A stretch of DNA of 64,000 bases. Origin: an uncultured Verrucomicrobiota bacterium. Its GTDB lineage: Bacteria; Verrucomicrobiota; Kiritimatiellia; CAIKKV01; CAITUY01. The notes beneath the pieces are model-generated. The model was not told the DNA's origin, did not search any database, and saw only the letters and a list, made by a program, of their open reading frames with translations. Where the stretch lies: assembly GCA_964584205.1 (NCBI GenBank), contig CAZOZF010000002.1:160-64159 (forward strand), in the 5' to 3' direction. Of the stretch, positions 1-8,861 are shown piece after piece. Made by a program: the position numbers and the translations under genes. Each line of letters starts with the position of its first letter. Within the stretch, counting starts at the first letter, position 1.

Positions 1-115
1 CGACGCGAGACTTCGGCGTGATGACGAGGGACCGAATCCGATCCTGAATAAATTCACCAGTGAATCCATGCGGCGAAATCCTCGCGAATATTTTGACGGT
101 CTGGCTCGGGTGATG

Positions 116-1297
116 TTAATAAACATTAGATCGAAGGTCTTTTGGCAAGGACGGGACATCAACCGGAATCCAGTTGTTGCGGAGCGACTTGGTCGCCGCG
201 CATCCTGTGGCCACACTCATGCGTCCAGCCAGTGGTGTTGCCAGTGGCCGTTTTCCCTCAAGAAGCATATCAATGAAGTCGCGGCAGATCTGGGGATCGG
301 CACCCCCGTGCCCGCCGGTGGCCGGTTTCACGGTCAGGTCGGAGTTCGCCAGGTTTTTCCAGCGGTTGGAACGATCACGAAGCCGCACAATGACCTTTGA
401 ACTGTCGTCCAGGTTTTCAATCCGGCCTTCCGTGCCGATCAGCGTGTAGTTCCGGCAGTAGTCCGGGGCGAAATGGCATTGCATGTAGCTGGCGCGGATT
501 CCTCCGTCGAGTTGCATCATCATGATGCTGCTATCTTCGACATCGACTTCCTTGCGGAAGACGCACATATCCATCTTGTTGTCAGACCGGTTATCGCGGG
601 ACTGGTACTCGACGCAAGTGTCCTTTTCTTTGCATTTCGGGCAGCGCAGGGTGTTGGGCTTGTCGCCTCCGTAGTAATCCAGTCCGCCCGTCGCCGCCAC
701 GCGAGTGGTGTACTGGCCGGTCAGCCAGTGGATCATGTCAATATCGTGGGATGCCTTTTGCAGGAGGAGCCCGGTGCTGTTCTTCGAATTGGCGTGCCAG
801 TCGTGGTAGTACCACCCTCCGCCCGGGCCGACGAAATGGCGCACCCATACGGCCTTCACTTCTCCGATGGCGCCGGAATCAAGGGCGTCCTTCATGACCC
901 TGAAGATATTCATATAGCGCATGTTGAAGCCGATCATGAACTGCTTTCCAGAGGTTTTCCAGGCCCGGAGCATGCGGTCGCACCCTTCGGTTGTGATCGC
1001 CATGGGTTTCTCGGTGAACACATGTTTTCCAGCTTCAAAGGCGTCGCAGACATATTGCTCATGAGTGAAGTCAGGACTCATGACCGCGACGGCATCAATA
1101 TCCTTTCGATCCAGAAGTTTCCTGTAGTCGCTGGTGATATATCCCTTGCTGTTGACATTTTCGCGATACCAGCTCAAGGCGTCCTTGGAAACATCGGCCG
1201 CGCCCGCCACGATGGAGCGTCCCTTGGGGGCGTGCCAATGTTTGGCCAAACTGCCGCGCCCTGCTGAACCGATGACTCCTATTCTGACTTTATTCAT
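116..1297 (-). CDS. Gfo/Idh/MocA-family NAD(P)-dependent oxidoreductase (sugar dehydrogenase-like)
   Basis: 393-aa ORF; N-terminal Rossmann signature RIGVIGSAGRG and the EKP motif (HVFTEKP) typical of Gfo/Idh/MocA; last gene of the minus-strand operon. Confidence 0.85.
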   Translation of the reverse strand: MNKVRIGVIGSAGRGSLAKHWHAPKGRSIVAGAADVSKDALSWYRENVNSKGYITSDYRKLLDRKDIDAVAVMSPDFTHEQYVCDAFEAGKHVFTEKPMAITTEGCDRMLRAWKTSGKQFMIGFNMRYMNIFRVMKDALDSGAIGEVKAVWVRHFVGPGGGWYYHDWHANSKNSTGLLLQKASHDIDMIHWLTGQYTTRVAATGGLDYYGGDKPNTLRCPKCKEKDTCVEYQSRDNRSDNKMDMCVFRKEVDVEDSSIMMMQLDGGIRASYMQCHFAPDYCRNYTLIGTEGRIENLDDSSKVIVRLRDRSNRWKNLANSDLTVKPATGGHGGADPQICRDFIDMLLEGKRPLATPLAGRMSVATGCAATKSLRNNWIPVDVPSLPKDLRSNVY

Positions 1298-1341
1298 GAG
1301 TACATTCCTTTCTGTCGGGTGCCGTTACGAGTCCGCGTCCG

Positions 1342-3489
1342 CTATTTCGGCCTAATCTCGAAGATCAGAACCTCGAAGGGGCGCATGGAGAATCGGATCG
1401 GAACCGTTGCGGTACAGGTTTGCGTGAGCTTGGGCACGGTTCGCTGTTTAAAGGGGGCCGTCAACGTGTATGCCGTGGGGGTCTTTTTCGGGAGTTCGAG
1501 GAATTTCGCCAGTTCCAGAGTGCAGACTTGATGCTGTTCGTTCGGGTTCCGCAAGGTGATGATTCCCTTTTGGGGCGACCATGATGCCCATCCGTAGATT
1601 TCCAACTTGCGTGGATTTCCGCCAATCCAGTGTGAGTCCACAAGGGTTTCCGCGTTCGACCTTGCCCAGGTGGCGCACTGCGCCAAATCGTTCCAGTTGG
1701 TCGCGTTCAGGAGGCCGTGCGAAATATACATTTCCTGGAGTTGGACGCCTGTTCCGAAATAGGAGCGCACCTCATCCCGGAAGTCGTTCTCGGGATCCTG
1801 ACTGAGTTTGCCTGAATGCCTGGCATAGATGACGCCATGCAACATGAGGGATGATAGAGGGAAGAGGGGACCGCACCGGACAATCCTTTCATAGGTGTTG
1901 GCATCCCGGAAGGTCATCCAGCGTTGGCGCGCTGATCCCACTCCGTAATAAGCATGATCCCAGCCGCCGCGCCAGATCGAATCGCAGATGGAGAGCCAGA
2001 AGGGGGAGGGCCAGGTTCCCGTGGTGAGGTTGATGAACAGATCGGGCTTGATGATTCGCAGATCCTTGATCAACTCGATGGCTGCCTCGAAATCGCTGCC
2101 GAACTGGCTGCCGGGCACGACGCTATTGATGTTCCCGGTGCCGTCGAGTTTGAACTGGTTGATGCCAGAGTTCGTCACCAGATCCACGCAGGTCTGGTGG
2201 AAGGCCTTGTAGTAACGCGGTCCCGAGAGGGCAAATAAGGGTTTATTGGTGTTTCCGTCGGTCTCAAAGCCGGCCGCCATGCCCGAGGCCACCCGTTGCG
2301 CGCGGGGCAACTCGTATCCGCCCCACGGGGAAAGCCAGATGCCTGGAGCCGCGCCACATTTGGCGGCTTCTTCCTTGATCCGGGAAAAGCCGTTGGGGAA
2401 GCCTTCATGAAACTTCCATTCTCCGCCCCGCGTCTTGTCGTCCCAGCCATCATCGAACAGGAAAGACTCCATGGTTACGCCACGTTTTTCGCCCAGTTCC
2501 CGTGTAAACCCGCGGATCGAGTTCAGGCAGTCAGTTTCGTTGAAGGGGGTGAAATATCCGATATCGTACCAGGAATTGTAATGCAGGAATGTGCGGTAGG
2601 GATGGGCGCGTTCACGTTCCACATAATACAGGAAGCCGCGTCTGAGTTGCCCTTGCGGCGTGACGCCCGTTACTGCGGAACAGGTGAATATTCCGCCAGC
2701 TTTGATGGGGAGCGCAAGATCCAGCCAGCACCGGGTCTGGTGTTGCCCCCAGCTGTGCCGCAAAGGGTGGAGTGGGGTGGGCAGCGCGTCTTCGGCTTCT
2801 GAATCCTCATGGGTTTCCGCTTCTGGAACTGTCTGGGTCTCCCCGAACCGACCCAGTTTGACCTGGGCAGCGGCCATCGGGTGTTCGATGGACATGAATA
2901 TCGTTCCGGCTACCACCGGGGAGCCCGCCACGGTACCGCAGATTTCCGCGCCAGCTGGGAGCGGGCGATCAATCATGATGACCTGGGCGATATCTAGGGT
3001 TTTCGCCGGGTGGATGGTGATCTGTTGGCGGATGTAATTGGCACCATCGCCCAGGATGGCGCGCCATTCCACGCGCACCGCGCCATCGGACGTTACCAGC
3101 GATGCCGCGATGGCCCGACCGGGAAAGCGGTCCGCCAACTTGGAGGCGTCCGGAGCCGCCGACAAAGTCAGTTCCTGTAGTGCCCCGGTAACCGTCATTT
3201 CTGATGCCATGATTATCCGGCCATCCCTCAGCTTGAGTTGAAAAGCTTCGGCTGGCGCGGGCAGCACTTGACCGGTCTGTTTATCTTCAAGCGAGCCTGG
3301 AGTCAGATGCCCCCTGTTCACCTTCCAGGATTGTGCGATGAGTTGGTTGTGAAGTGTAACCAGGCGGTCTTGTTGAGTACACAAGGCAGAGCCCGGTTCA
3401 CGCCCCGGGAAGACCGAAGCATCCGCTCCTGAGGCAGCGAGCGTTATAATGAACATGGCTGTGATGACACCGAGGCGTTTTGAATTCAT
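1342..3489 (-). CDS. secreted clan GH-D-like glycoside hydrolase (GH27/GH36/GH129-like TIM barrel, family not assignable); paralog of 30316..32385
   Basis: 715 aa with signal peptide; central block FLYYVERERAHPYRTFLHYNSWYD...FLFDDGWDD resembles the GWNSW/DDGW catalytic-barrel motifs of alpha-galactosidase-like enzymes; colinear similarity to ORF 30316..32385 (LQE[LM]YI, EIYGWASW[ST]PQK, PFEVL[IV][FL]E); start overlaps upstream stop (ATGA at 3486-3489). Confidence 0.6.
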   Translation of the reverse strand: MNSKRLGVITAMFIITLAASGADASVFPGREPGSALCTQQDRLVTLHNQLIAQSWKVNRGHLTPGSLEDKQTGQVLPAPAEAFQLKLRDGRIIMASEMTVTGALQELTLSAAPDASKLADRFPGRAIAASLVTSDGAVRVEWRAILGDGANYIRQQITIHPAKTLDIAQVIMIDRPLPAGAEICGTVAGSPVVAGTIFMSIEHPMAAAQVKLGRFGETQTVPEAETHEDSEAEDALPTPLHPLRHSWGQHQTRCWLDLALPIKAGGIFTCSAVTGVTPQGQLRRGFLYYVERERAHPYRTFLHYNSWYDIGYFTPFNETDCLNSIRGFTRELGEKRGVTMESFLFDDGWDDKTRGGEWKFHEGFPNGFSRIKEEAAKCGAAPGIWLSPWGGYELPRAQRVASGMAAGFETDGNTNKPLFALSGPRYYKAFHQTCVDLVTNSGINQFKLDGTGNINSVVPGSQFGSDFEAAIELIKDLRIIKPDLFINLTTGTWPSPFWLSICDSIWRGGWDHAYYGVGSARQRWMTFRDANTYERIVRCGPLFPLSSLMLHGVIYARHSGKLSQDPENDFRDEVRSYFGTGVQLQEMYISHGLLNATNWNDLAQCATWARSNAETLVDSHWIGGNPRKLEIYGWASWSPQKGIITLRNPNEQHQVCTLELAKFLELPKKTPTAYTLTAPFKQRTVPKLTQTCTATVPIRFSMRPFEVLIFEIRPK

Positions 3490-4568
3490 TTTGTTCCTTC
3501 ATCGTAAAATGCGGCAATATTTTCCAACGGTGTGTCAGCCTGTAGGTGGTGTGCCGGTGCCAGAATGTACCCTCCGCCCTGGCCGCATTCCGTTTTCAGG
3601 CGTCGTACTGCGGAGCGGACTTCATTGGGAGAACCGGCTGGCATGGTGTGCTGTACGCATAGTCCGCCGAATAAGGCCAGACGCTTGCCGTAGCGCTTCT
3701 TGAGCTTGAAGGGGTCGATCGCCATCGGCTGAACCGGGTTAAGCACGTCCAGACCGATCTCGACCAGATCGTCCAGGATGGCCTCGCAGTTGCCGCAACT
3801 GTGGTAGCAGAGCTTGATGGATGGGTTGATTTTTTTCGGTTCGGCAAAAAGCTTTGCGAATCGGGGCTTGAGAAATGTGCGCCACATGTCGACGGACATC
3901 ATCATGCCCTGCTGGTGCGCGACATCGTCGCCAAACCAGACCATGTCCGCACCCATTTCGGCATGTTTGCGTGACGCCACCAGCGGAAAACGCATCACCT
4001 TATCCATCAGCGCATGAACGTAGTCCGGCTCCAGCGCCATGTCGGCCATTAGGTCCTCCATTCCGCGTAGATACCATGCGGCCTCGAAGACGCTGATCTG
4101 GCTGGATCCAATGATCCACTTTTCCTTGCCGTAGAGCGCCTTGATTTTTCGGAATGTGTCGTATTGCGATTCCTCTTCCGGATCGGGTAGCTGGAATGTG
4201 TCCAGCTTACCCGGGTCGCCAGTCAGTGGAGGCCCCACGATTTCCGTGTACTCTCCACTTTCGTTGCGGGCCCAGCGCCAGCGGATGCCCCATGGGCAGG
4301 TGTACTCCGGCCTCGCTCCGCCGTAGAAGCTTAGTTCCAGTCCGACGCAGGTTTTTACCATGTCGTTGCCGAGTGCGACGCCAAGGTCGGCATCGTGGAT
4401 GCCGAGTGTATTGCGAAGCCGTTCGGATATTTCGGGTACAAAGCTGGCAAAAATCGGAGTTCGGTCGGGTTGTTGGTGATTCAGTGCCGTCAACACGCGT
4501 TCCCGGGATGTCATGGATGTGTTCATGTGTTTCAGTTTCTCACAGGGCGAGGGAAGAGAGAAGTTCAC
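3486..4568 (-). CDS. uroporphyrinogen decarboxylase (URO-D)/MtaA-like family protein; methyltransferase-like, function unknown
   Basis: 360 aa; overall URO-D/MtaA fold signature (RVLTALNHQQPDRTPIF...; LCYHSCGNCEAILDDLVEIGLDVLNPVQP...; GGYILAPAHHLQADTPLENI); alternative start at M15 (4526) possible. Confidence 0.65.
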   Translation of the reverse strand: MNFSLPSPCEKLKHMNTSMTSRERVLTALNHQQPDRTPIFASFVPEISERLRNTLGIHDADLGVALGNDMVKTCVGLELSFYGGARPEYTCPWGIRWRWARNESGEYTEIVGPPLTGDPGKLDTFQLPDPEEESQYDTFRKIKALYGKEKWIIGSSQISVFEAAWYLRGMEDLMADMALEPDYVHALMDKVMRFPLVASRKHAEMGADMVWFGDDVAHQQGMMMSVDMWRTFLKPRFAKLFAEPKKINPSIKLCYHSCGNCEAILDDLVEIGLDVLNPVQPMAIDPFKLKKRYGKRLALFGGLCVQHTMPAGSPNEVRSAVRRLKTECGQGGGYILAPAHHLQADTPLENIAAFYDEGTK

Positions 4569-4645
4569 ATTAGGTCAAATATCGAGTGAATTGGGGCGGG
4601 TCGCTCCGCCTGATACCCTGCCTTTATTTTCTCAATTTTCTGGTG

Positions 4646-5833
4646 TCAGGTCGTGCCCGTAACGTCGTCATTTGTCGCCAGTCGGCGTCGGTATTCCTTT
4701 GGCGAACGGCCGAAGTGCCGATGGAAAACCCGGCCCATGTTCTGAGCGTAGCCGAACCCGCTTTGTTCTGCAACCTGGTCAATATTGATGCTCGCGTGCC
4801 GCAAAAGCGCCATGGCCTTATGCAGCCGGGCGTTCACGACTTCGTTGTGCACGCTTCGTCCCAGTAGCCGGCGGAAGCGCCGCTGCAGGACGCTCCGGGA
4901 AAGGCCGGCCTGTTGCGCAACGGTATCCAATTGCACGGAGCCGGTACAATGGTTGCGGATGTAGTGGAGTGCCCGGGCGATGGCCGCGTCGTTTACGCCG
5001 AGAAAATCCGTGGATTCCCGGACTGCCACATACCAAGGCTTGATGAGTATGGGTGCCTTCGGCGGCTTTTTCCCCTGCATCAGGCGGTCGAGAAGGGCGG
5101 CCGCTTCGTAGCCGACTTGCACATGGTTGGCTTCGACGCTGGACAGGGTGGGCGTGATCATCTCGCAAAGGGTGCGGTCATTTCCTACACCCACCAATGC
5201 TACCTGGTCGCCGATCACCAGATCCGCCGTCTGGCATGCTTCCCGCACCAGTAGTCCCTGGACATCGGAACATAGCATGATGCCTGCCGGAAGTTGCAGG
5301 CCGCCAAGCCACTTGGCCACGCGCGACACGAGTGTATGCCAATCGGTTTTCTTGAAGCCCTGTCGTGAGAGCATAAACGCGCGGCATGTGTGGTTGCGCT
5401 CTGCCAGATACGCAGTGAAGCCAGCGCAACGTTCCTCCGACCAGTATTCACCGCTGATGCCGAGGAAGGCGAAGTGTATGAAGCCGCGGTCCAGGAGGTG
5501 TTCTGCGGCCATGGCGGCAATTGCGGCATTTTCCACGTGAACAAGGGGGATGCCATGTTTCCGATGTACCCCCAGAACGTCAACGACAGGAACCCGCTTG
5601 GTCGCAACCGCATTGAGGATACGCTCATCCTGAAGGCGGGCGATGATGCCGTCACCGCTCCAGTTCCGGAACCAGGAGGGCGGCGCTTGCTCCAGGTCGT
5701 GCGGCTGGGCATAGACGGACCAGGGGGCATGTTCACGGATGTACTGCCCGATGCCAAACAGGATGTCCTGACCTGAGGAGAGCGACGTCTCCACCAGAAG
5801 AGCGACCCGGGGAGGGCGGGGATTAAGCTTCAT
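4646..5833 (-). CDS. XylR-type transcriptional regulator (periplasmic-binding-protein-like sugar sensor + C-terminal AraC-family HTH)
   Basis: 395 aa; N-terminal LacI/PBP-like sensor fold, C-terminal AraC HTH (VQLDTVAQQAGLSRSVLQRRFRR...FGRSPKEYRR); first gene of the minus-strand operon, divergent from 5907. Confidence 0.85.
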   Translation of the reverse strand: MKLNPRPPRVALLVETSLSSGQDILFGIGQYIREHAPWSVYAQPHDLEQAPPSWFRNWSGDGIIARLQDERILNAVATKRVPVVDVLGVHRKHGIPLVHVENAAIAAMAAEHLLDRGFIHFAFLGISGEYWSEERCAGFTAYLAERNHTCRAFMLSRQGFKKTDWHTLVSRVAKWLGGLQLPAGIMLCSDVQGLLVREACQTADLVIGDQVALVGVGNDRTLCEMITPTLSSVEANHVQVGYEAAALLDRLMQGKKPPKAPILIKPWYVAVRESTDFLGVNDAAIARALHYIRNHCTGSVQLDTVAQQAGLSRSVLQRRFRRLLGRSVHNEVVNARLHKAMALLRHASINIDQVAEQSGFGYAQNMGRVFHRHFGRSPKEYRRRLATNDDVTGTT

Positions 5834-5906
5834 TTTGTGTCTCCCGGATAGGTTCCCTTTTTCATTTCAATGAGATAAAGAATAGTCCAAAATGGATGTA
5901 TGTTAA
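5834..5906. promoter_or_regulatory. AT-rich divergent intergenic region between the two regulator genes (candidate bidirectional promoter/operator)
   Basis: 73-bp spacer, markedly AT-rich relative to a ~59% GC background (tttttcatttcaatgagataaagaatagtccaaaatggatgtatgttaa), flanked by divergently oriented start codons. Confidence 0.4.
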
Positions 5907-6836
5907 ATGGCGTGGACAATTGAAAGTTTAACAAAAATGACGGCCGTAAATCTGTATTCTGAGTCTTTGTTCAGATGCCAGTCTCTCGCCAGGCGGCTGC
6001 GTGCCCCGTCGGACTATCTTGAAGGAGTTAAGGGTATTCTTCCGGTCCTGCCGGAAAATGTACTTCAATTTCATCGACATAATGCCCGCTACATTAGTAA
6101 AGGCAGGCCCTTCCTCCACCACCGCTTTGTACTTATGTCCTGCCTGAGGGAAGCCGGCTGCATTGTGGTGGATGGAACCATATATCGTATTAAACCCGGC
6201 CAGGGCTTTTTGGTCTTCCCTTATCAAGCCCATTATTTTACCCGGCCTGAACACCCAGAACAGCTCAGTTGGTTATTTACCACTTTCGAATACTCCGCGC
6301 CCGGAAGTCTTGAACTGTTGAGGAACATGCCGCTGGTTTTCAATGTTCAGGATCTGCAACGACTTGGCCAAACAACTGTCGCGTTTCTCCAAAACTGTCA
6401 CGCCACTTCAGGGATCACCCTTGACGTGCCTCTTGAATTAGCCCTGTTGCTCTCCGGCCTGTTAGTGCGTTATCAACAGCAGAGCACATTATCCCGATGC
6501 AAGATTAGGCCTGACAGCGCTCAAATTCTATTTTTGAACCCGCTCTTTATGCATATTAACCAGAATCTTGGATGTCGTATCCACATGAAGGATCTCGCTC
6601 AATGCGTCCACCTGTCGACCAGCCATCTTCAGGCCCGATTTAAGCATATGCTTGGAATTGGAATCGGTGAGTTTATCCGGCACACCCGGGTTCACCGGGC
6701 CTGCGTATTGCTCAAAGGGACAGACCTCACTGTGACTCAGGTTGCAGATAAATGCGGCTTTGCCTCGGTCTACGCTTTCAGTAGGACCTTTAGGTGCGTG
6801 ATTGGCGATCCTCCCTCCGTTTTCCGACAGGGTTAA
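5907..6836 (+). CDS. AraC-family transcriptional regulator (cupin-like N-terminal domain + HTH)
   Basis: 309 aa; C-terminal AraC HTH (MKDLAQCVHLSTSHLQARFK...FIRHTRVHRACVLLKGTDLTVTQVADKCGFASVYAFSRTFR). Confidence 0.85.
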   Translation: MAWTIESLTKMTAVNLYSESLFRCQSLARRLRAPSDYLEGVKGILPVLPENVLQFHRHNARYISKGRPFLHHRFVLMSCLREAGCIVVDGTIYRIKPGQGFLVFPYQAHYFTRPEHPEQLSWLFTTFEYSAPGSLELLRNMPLVFNVQDLQRLGQTTVAFLQNCHATSGITLDVPLELALLLSGLLVRYQQQSTLSRCKIRPDSAQILFLNPLFMHINQNLGCRIHMKDLAQCVHLSTSHLQARFKHMLGIGIGEFIRHTRVHRACVLLKGTDLTVTQVADKCGFASVYAFSRTFRCVIGDPPSVFRQG

Positions 6837-6906
6837 GTTGATGAGGAAGGGGGGGCTGATGGCTCTTGCCTTATCGCTTACTCATAGAAAGCTTTCACGT
6901 TTTTCA

Positions 6907-6951
6907 GTGACCTGATTTGTCCAAAAATAGCCCCGAAATGCTCTAGGCAGG
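6907..6951 (+). promoter_or_regulatory. conserved upstream motif copy D (gtgacctgatttgtccaaaaatagccccgaaatgctctaggcagg)
   Basis: One of six copies of a ~47-nt motif; lies ~68 bp upstream of the 7020 start of the 582-aa surface protein gene. Confidence 0.5.
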
Positions 6952-7019
6952 CAGTGTGGGTTATGAGAAAATAGATGACTGAGGACAAGGTTGGTCTTTC
7001 AGCAAGGGGTGGTGAAGAT

Positions 7020-8723
7020 ATGAAGTCAAAGTTTCTGAATCCTTGTAAGCCACATTTCAGTAGTCGGTTCATTCAAGTGGCTTGGGCATCGGTTGCGTTG
7101 TTCTGCTGTGCTTTCGGCGCCGGTACGGCCTCTGCGGAAGCCAATTACTGGGACAGCAATGGCGCCAGCGCCAGCTTCGGTGCGGCTGGGGGTACGTGGG
7201 GAACGGATGCCTTCTGGAGCACGAATAGCGCTGGCGACACTTTGCCATCCATCACCAATCCCTCAACCTCCGACGACCTCAACTTCGGCTACACCAGCAC
7301 CGGCTTGAGCAATGGGACTATCACTGTTGTCACCGGCAGTGCCAACAGTCTGACCTTTGCGGCCGGGTCGGGTGCCATTACGTTATCCGGCGGCACGATC
7401 ACCTTGGCCGATGCCGCCACGATTTCCGTGAATAACGCCCCTACAAATGTCATCAGTTCGGTTATTGCGGGGGCGGCCACCAGCTTGACCAAGGTCGGAA
7501 CGGGGACTTTGACGCTGAGCGGCCTCAATACCTACAGCGGCGGGACGACCATCAGCGCGGGAACGGTTATCGTCGGAAATACCAATGCGTTGGGAACGGC
7601 GGGTGCGATTACGTTGGGGGATGTCAATTCCGGCGCAAATGCGATTACGTTGGTGGCCACTGCCAATCCGTATTCTCGTGCCTTCACCGTGGCAAACTAT
7701 GGGGGCGTGGTGACCCTTGCAACCGCCGGCGGGAAGTTTTCGGGGGCGATCACCTTGAACCGTGGCGTTAAACTGATACCGAATTCAAATAATGCGGCCA
7801 ATTTTGATGGTGGTTTTTCGGGGTCGGGTGATCTGACAATTGCGAATTATAATGGTTATGGCGTCAATTTCCGCTTCGCCGACAATACCTTTACTGGCAG
7901 CGTATTTGTTCTTGCGGGTAGCACGTTTGGGGTTGGTGGTGGCCAGTCGCTAACCGGGTCGCTCAAAAGCCTGATTCCAGACTCAGCGACTGTGAATGTC
8001 CTTGGCACGATGATGTTGAGCGAGCTTGCGCGCAACGAAACTATCGATGCCCTGACCGGTTCAGGCTCTGTGACATTCGGACAAGTTGGCGACATGTTGA
8101 CCGTCGGTGGGGGCAATGGCTCTGGCACGTTCAGCGGCATTATTAGCACTTCTGGCTCCTTTGCCAAGACCGGCACCGGTGCGCAGACACTTACGGGTAT
8201 CAACACCTACACTGGAACCACAACGGTCAACGGCGGCACCCTTCTGGTGAATGGGAAAATTACGGGTGCTGGTGCCGTCACTGTCAATAGTAGCGGCACG
8301 TTGGGTGGAACGGGGATGGTCTCTGGCGCGGTGACCGTGACCTCGGGCGGGACATTCTCGCCCGGCGACCCGGCGGTGAGCAACGGCATTGGACGGGTTA
8401 CGGTTAGCAACGACGTGACATTGGCTACGAACGGGATCTTTGCAGCCCAGATCGCGGCAGGCGGACTGGTTGATATGTTGGTGTCGACGCGGACGATCTC
8501 GAACCAGAATGCGACTTTGTCGCTTTCGGTGCTGGATGTGAACGCTCTGAAGGCGGAGTTCTTTACGGTCATGGTGGCTTCCAACATCGTGGGGACGTTT
8601 AACGGGCTTCCGGGTGGAGCCGGTCTTTCGGTTGGGGGGCGAAGTTTCGTCATTTCCTATCCAGGGAATACGAACGTGGTATTACAGTCCATGTCATTGG
8701 GTATGCTTCTGATGGTGCAATAG
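7020..8723 (+). CDS. secreted autotransporter-associated beta-strand-repeat (TIGR02601-like) surface protein, 567 aa
   Basis: Gly/Thr/Asn-rich repeats LTLSGLNTYSGGTTISAGT / GTGAQTLTGINTYTGTTTVNGGTLLVNG; signal peptide begins at the internal Met (MKSKF...CAFGAGTASA) so 7020 is preferred over the ORF-track start 6975; hydrophobic C-terminus; shares a ~650-bp near-identical segment with 8862..16145. Confidence 0.75.
   Translation: MKSKFLNPCKPHFSSRFIQVAWASVALFCCAFGAGTASAEANYWDSNGASASFGAAGGTWGTDAFWSTNSAGDTLPSITNPSTSDDLNFGYTSTGLSNGTITVVTGSANSLTFAAGSGAITLSGGTITLADAATISVNNAPTNVISSVIAGAATSLTKVGTGTLTLSGLNTYSGGTTISAGTVIVGNTNALGTAGAITLGDVNSGANAITLVATANPYSRAFTVANYGGVVTLATAGGKFSGAITLNRGVKLIPNSNNAANFDGGFSGSGDLTIANYNGYGVNFRFADNTFTGSVFVLAGSTFGVGGGQSLTGSLKSLIPDSATVNVLGTMMLSELARNETIDALTGSGSVTFGQVGDMLTVGGGNGSGTFSGIISTSGSFAKTGTGAQTLTGINTYTGTTTVNGGTLLVNGKITGAGAVTVNSSGTLGGTGMVSGAVTVTSGGTFSPGDPAVSNGIGRVTVSNDVTLATNGIFAAQIAAGGLVDMLVSTRTISNQNATLSLSVLDVNALKAEFFTVMVASNIVGTFNGLPGGAGLSVGGRSFVISYPGNTNVVLQSMSLGMLLMVQ
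7509..8155. repeat. ~650-bp direct repeat, copy 1 (~90% nt identity to 14859..15505)
   Basis: By-eye alignment of nt 7509-8155 with 14859-15505 at a constant offset of 7350; encoded peptide runs NTYSGGTTISAGTVIVGNTNALG...GNGSGTFSG[IV]ISTSG and is ~90% identical. Confidence 0.8.
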
Positions 8724-8750
8724 CAGGGATTCGATAGTCCTTCTTCTGGT

Positions 8751-8797
8751 GTGACCCGATTCACCCGAAAAAAGACCTAAACCGCTCTCTTCAGGGG
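8751..8797 (+). promoter_or_regulatory. conserved upstream motif copy A (gtgacccgattcacccgaaaaaagacctaaaccgctctcttcagggg)
   Basis: ~64 bp upstream of the start of the 2427-aa gene. Confidence 0.5.
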
Positions 8798-8861
8798 AAA
8801 TAGGAAGTGGGAGAATATTCAGATGAAGATAAATTGATATTTTTTTTGAGTCAGGGGGGGT

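Noticed and set aside
1-115. Possible partial gene at the left window edge
   Set aside because: It is too short and featureless to assign frame, strand or function.
473-1267. 264-aa plus-strand ORF antisense to the Gfo/Idh/MocA gene, and many similar antisense ORFs inside the large plus-strand genes (e.g. 18946..20049, 41368..42654, 43753..44760, 22152..22868, 28060..28884, 60324..61085, 36316..36966)
   Set aside because: All lie wholly inside well-supported genes on the opposite strand. They have no recognisable motifs and have the low-complexity Pro/Arg/Gly-rich composition typical of shadow ORFs in high-GC DNA.
6975-7019. ORF-track start for the 582-aa surface protein (MTEDKVGLSARGGEDM...)
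   Set aside because: The signal peptide begins only at the internal Met (7020, MKSKF...), and 6975 would place the conserved upstream motif (6907-6951) only ~24 bp from the start. 7020 was preferred, though 6975 cannot be excluded.
7289-8653. Pro/Val-rich minus-strand ORFs (7289..7528, 7856..8206, 8207..8653, 9689..10057, 15557..16048) opposite the beta-strand-repeat genes
   Set aside because: These are mirror-image translations of the Gly/Thr-rich repeat-coding strand. The plus-strand genes have signal peptides, RBSs and family-typical repeats.
8724-8861. Looked for a rho-independent terminator (T-run at about 8836-8844) after the 582-aa gene, and for tRNA/ncRNA-like structure in the intergenic gaps (6837-7019, 16146-16315, 47182-47345, 56454-56881)
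   Set aside because: No convincing GC-rich hairpin precedes the T-run. No cloverleaf-compatible or otherwise structured, conserved segment was seen apart from the upstream motif already reported.
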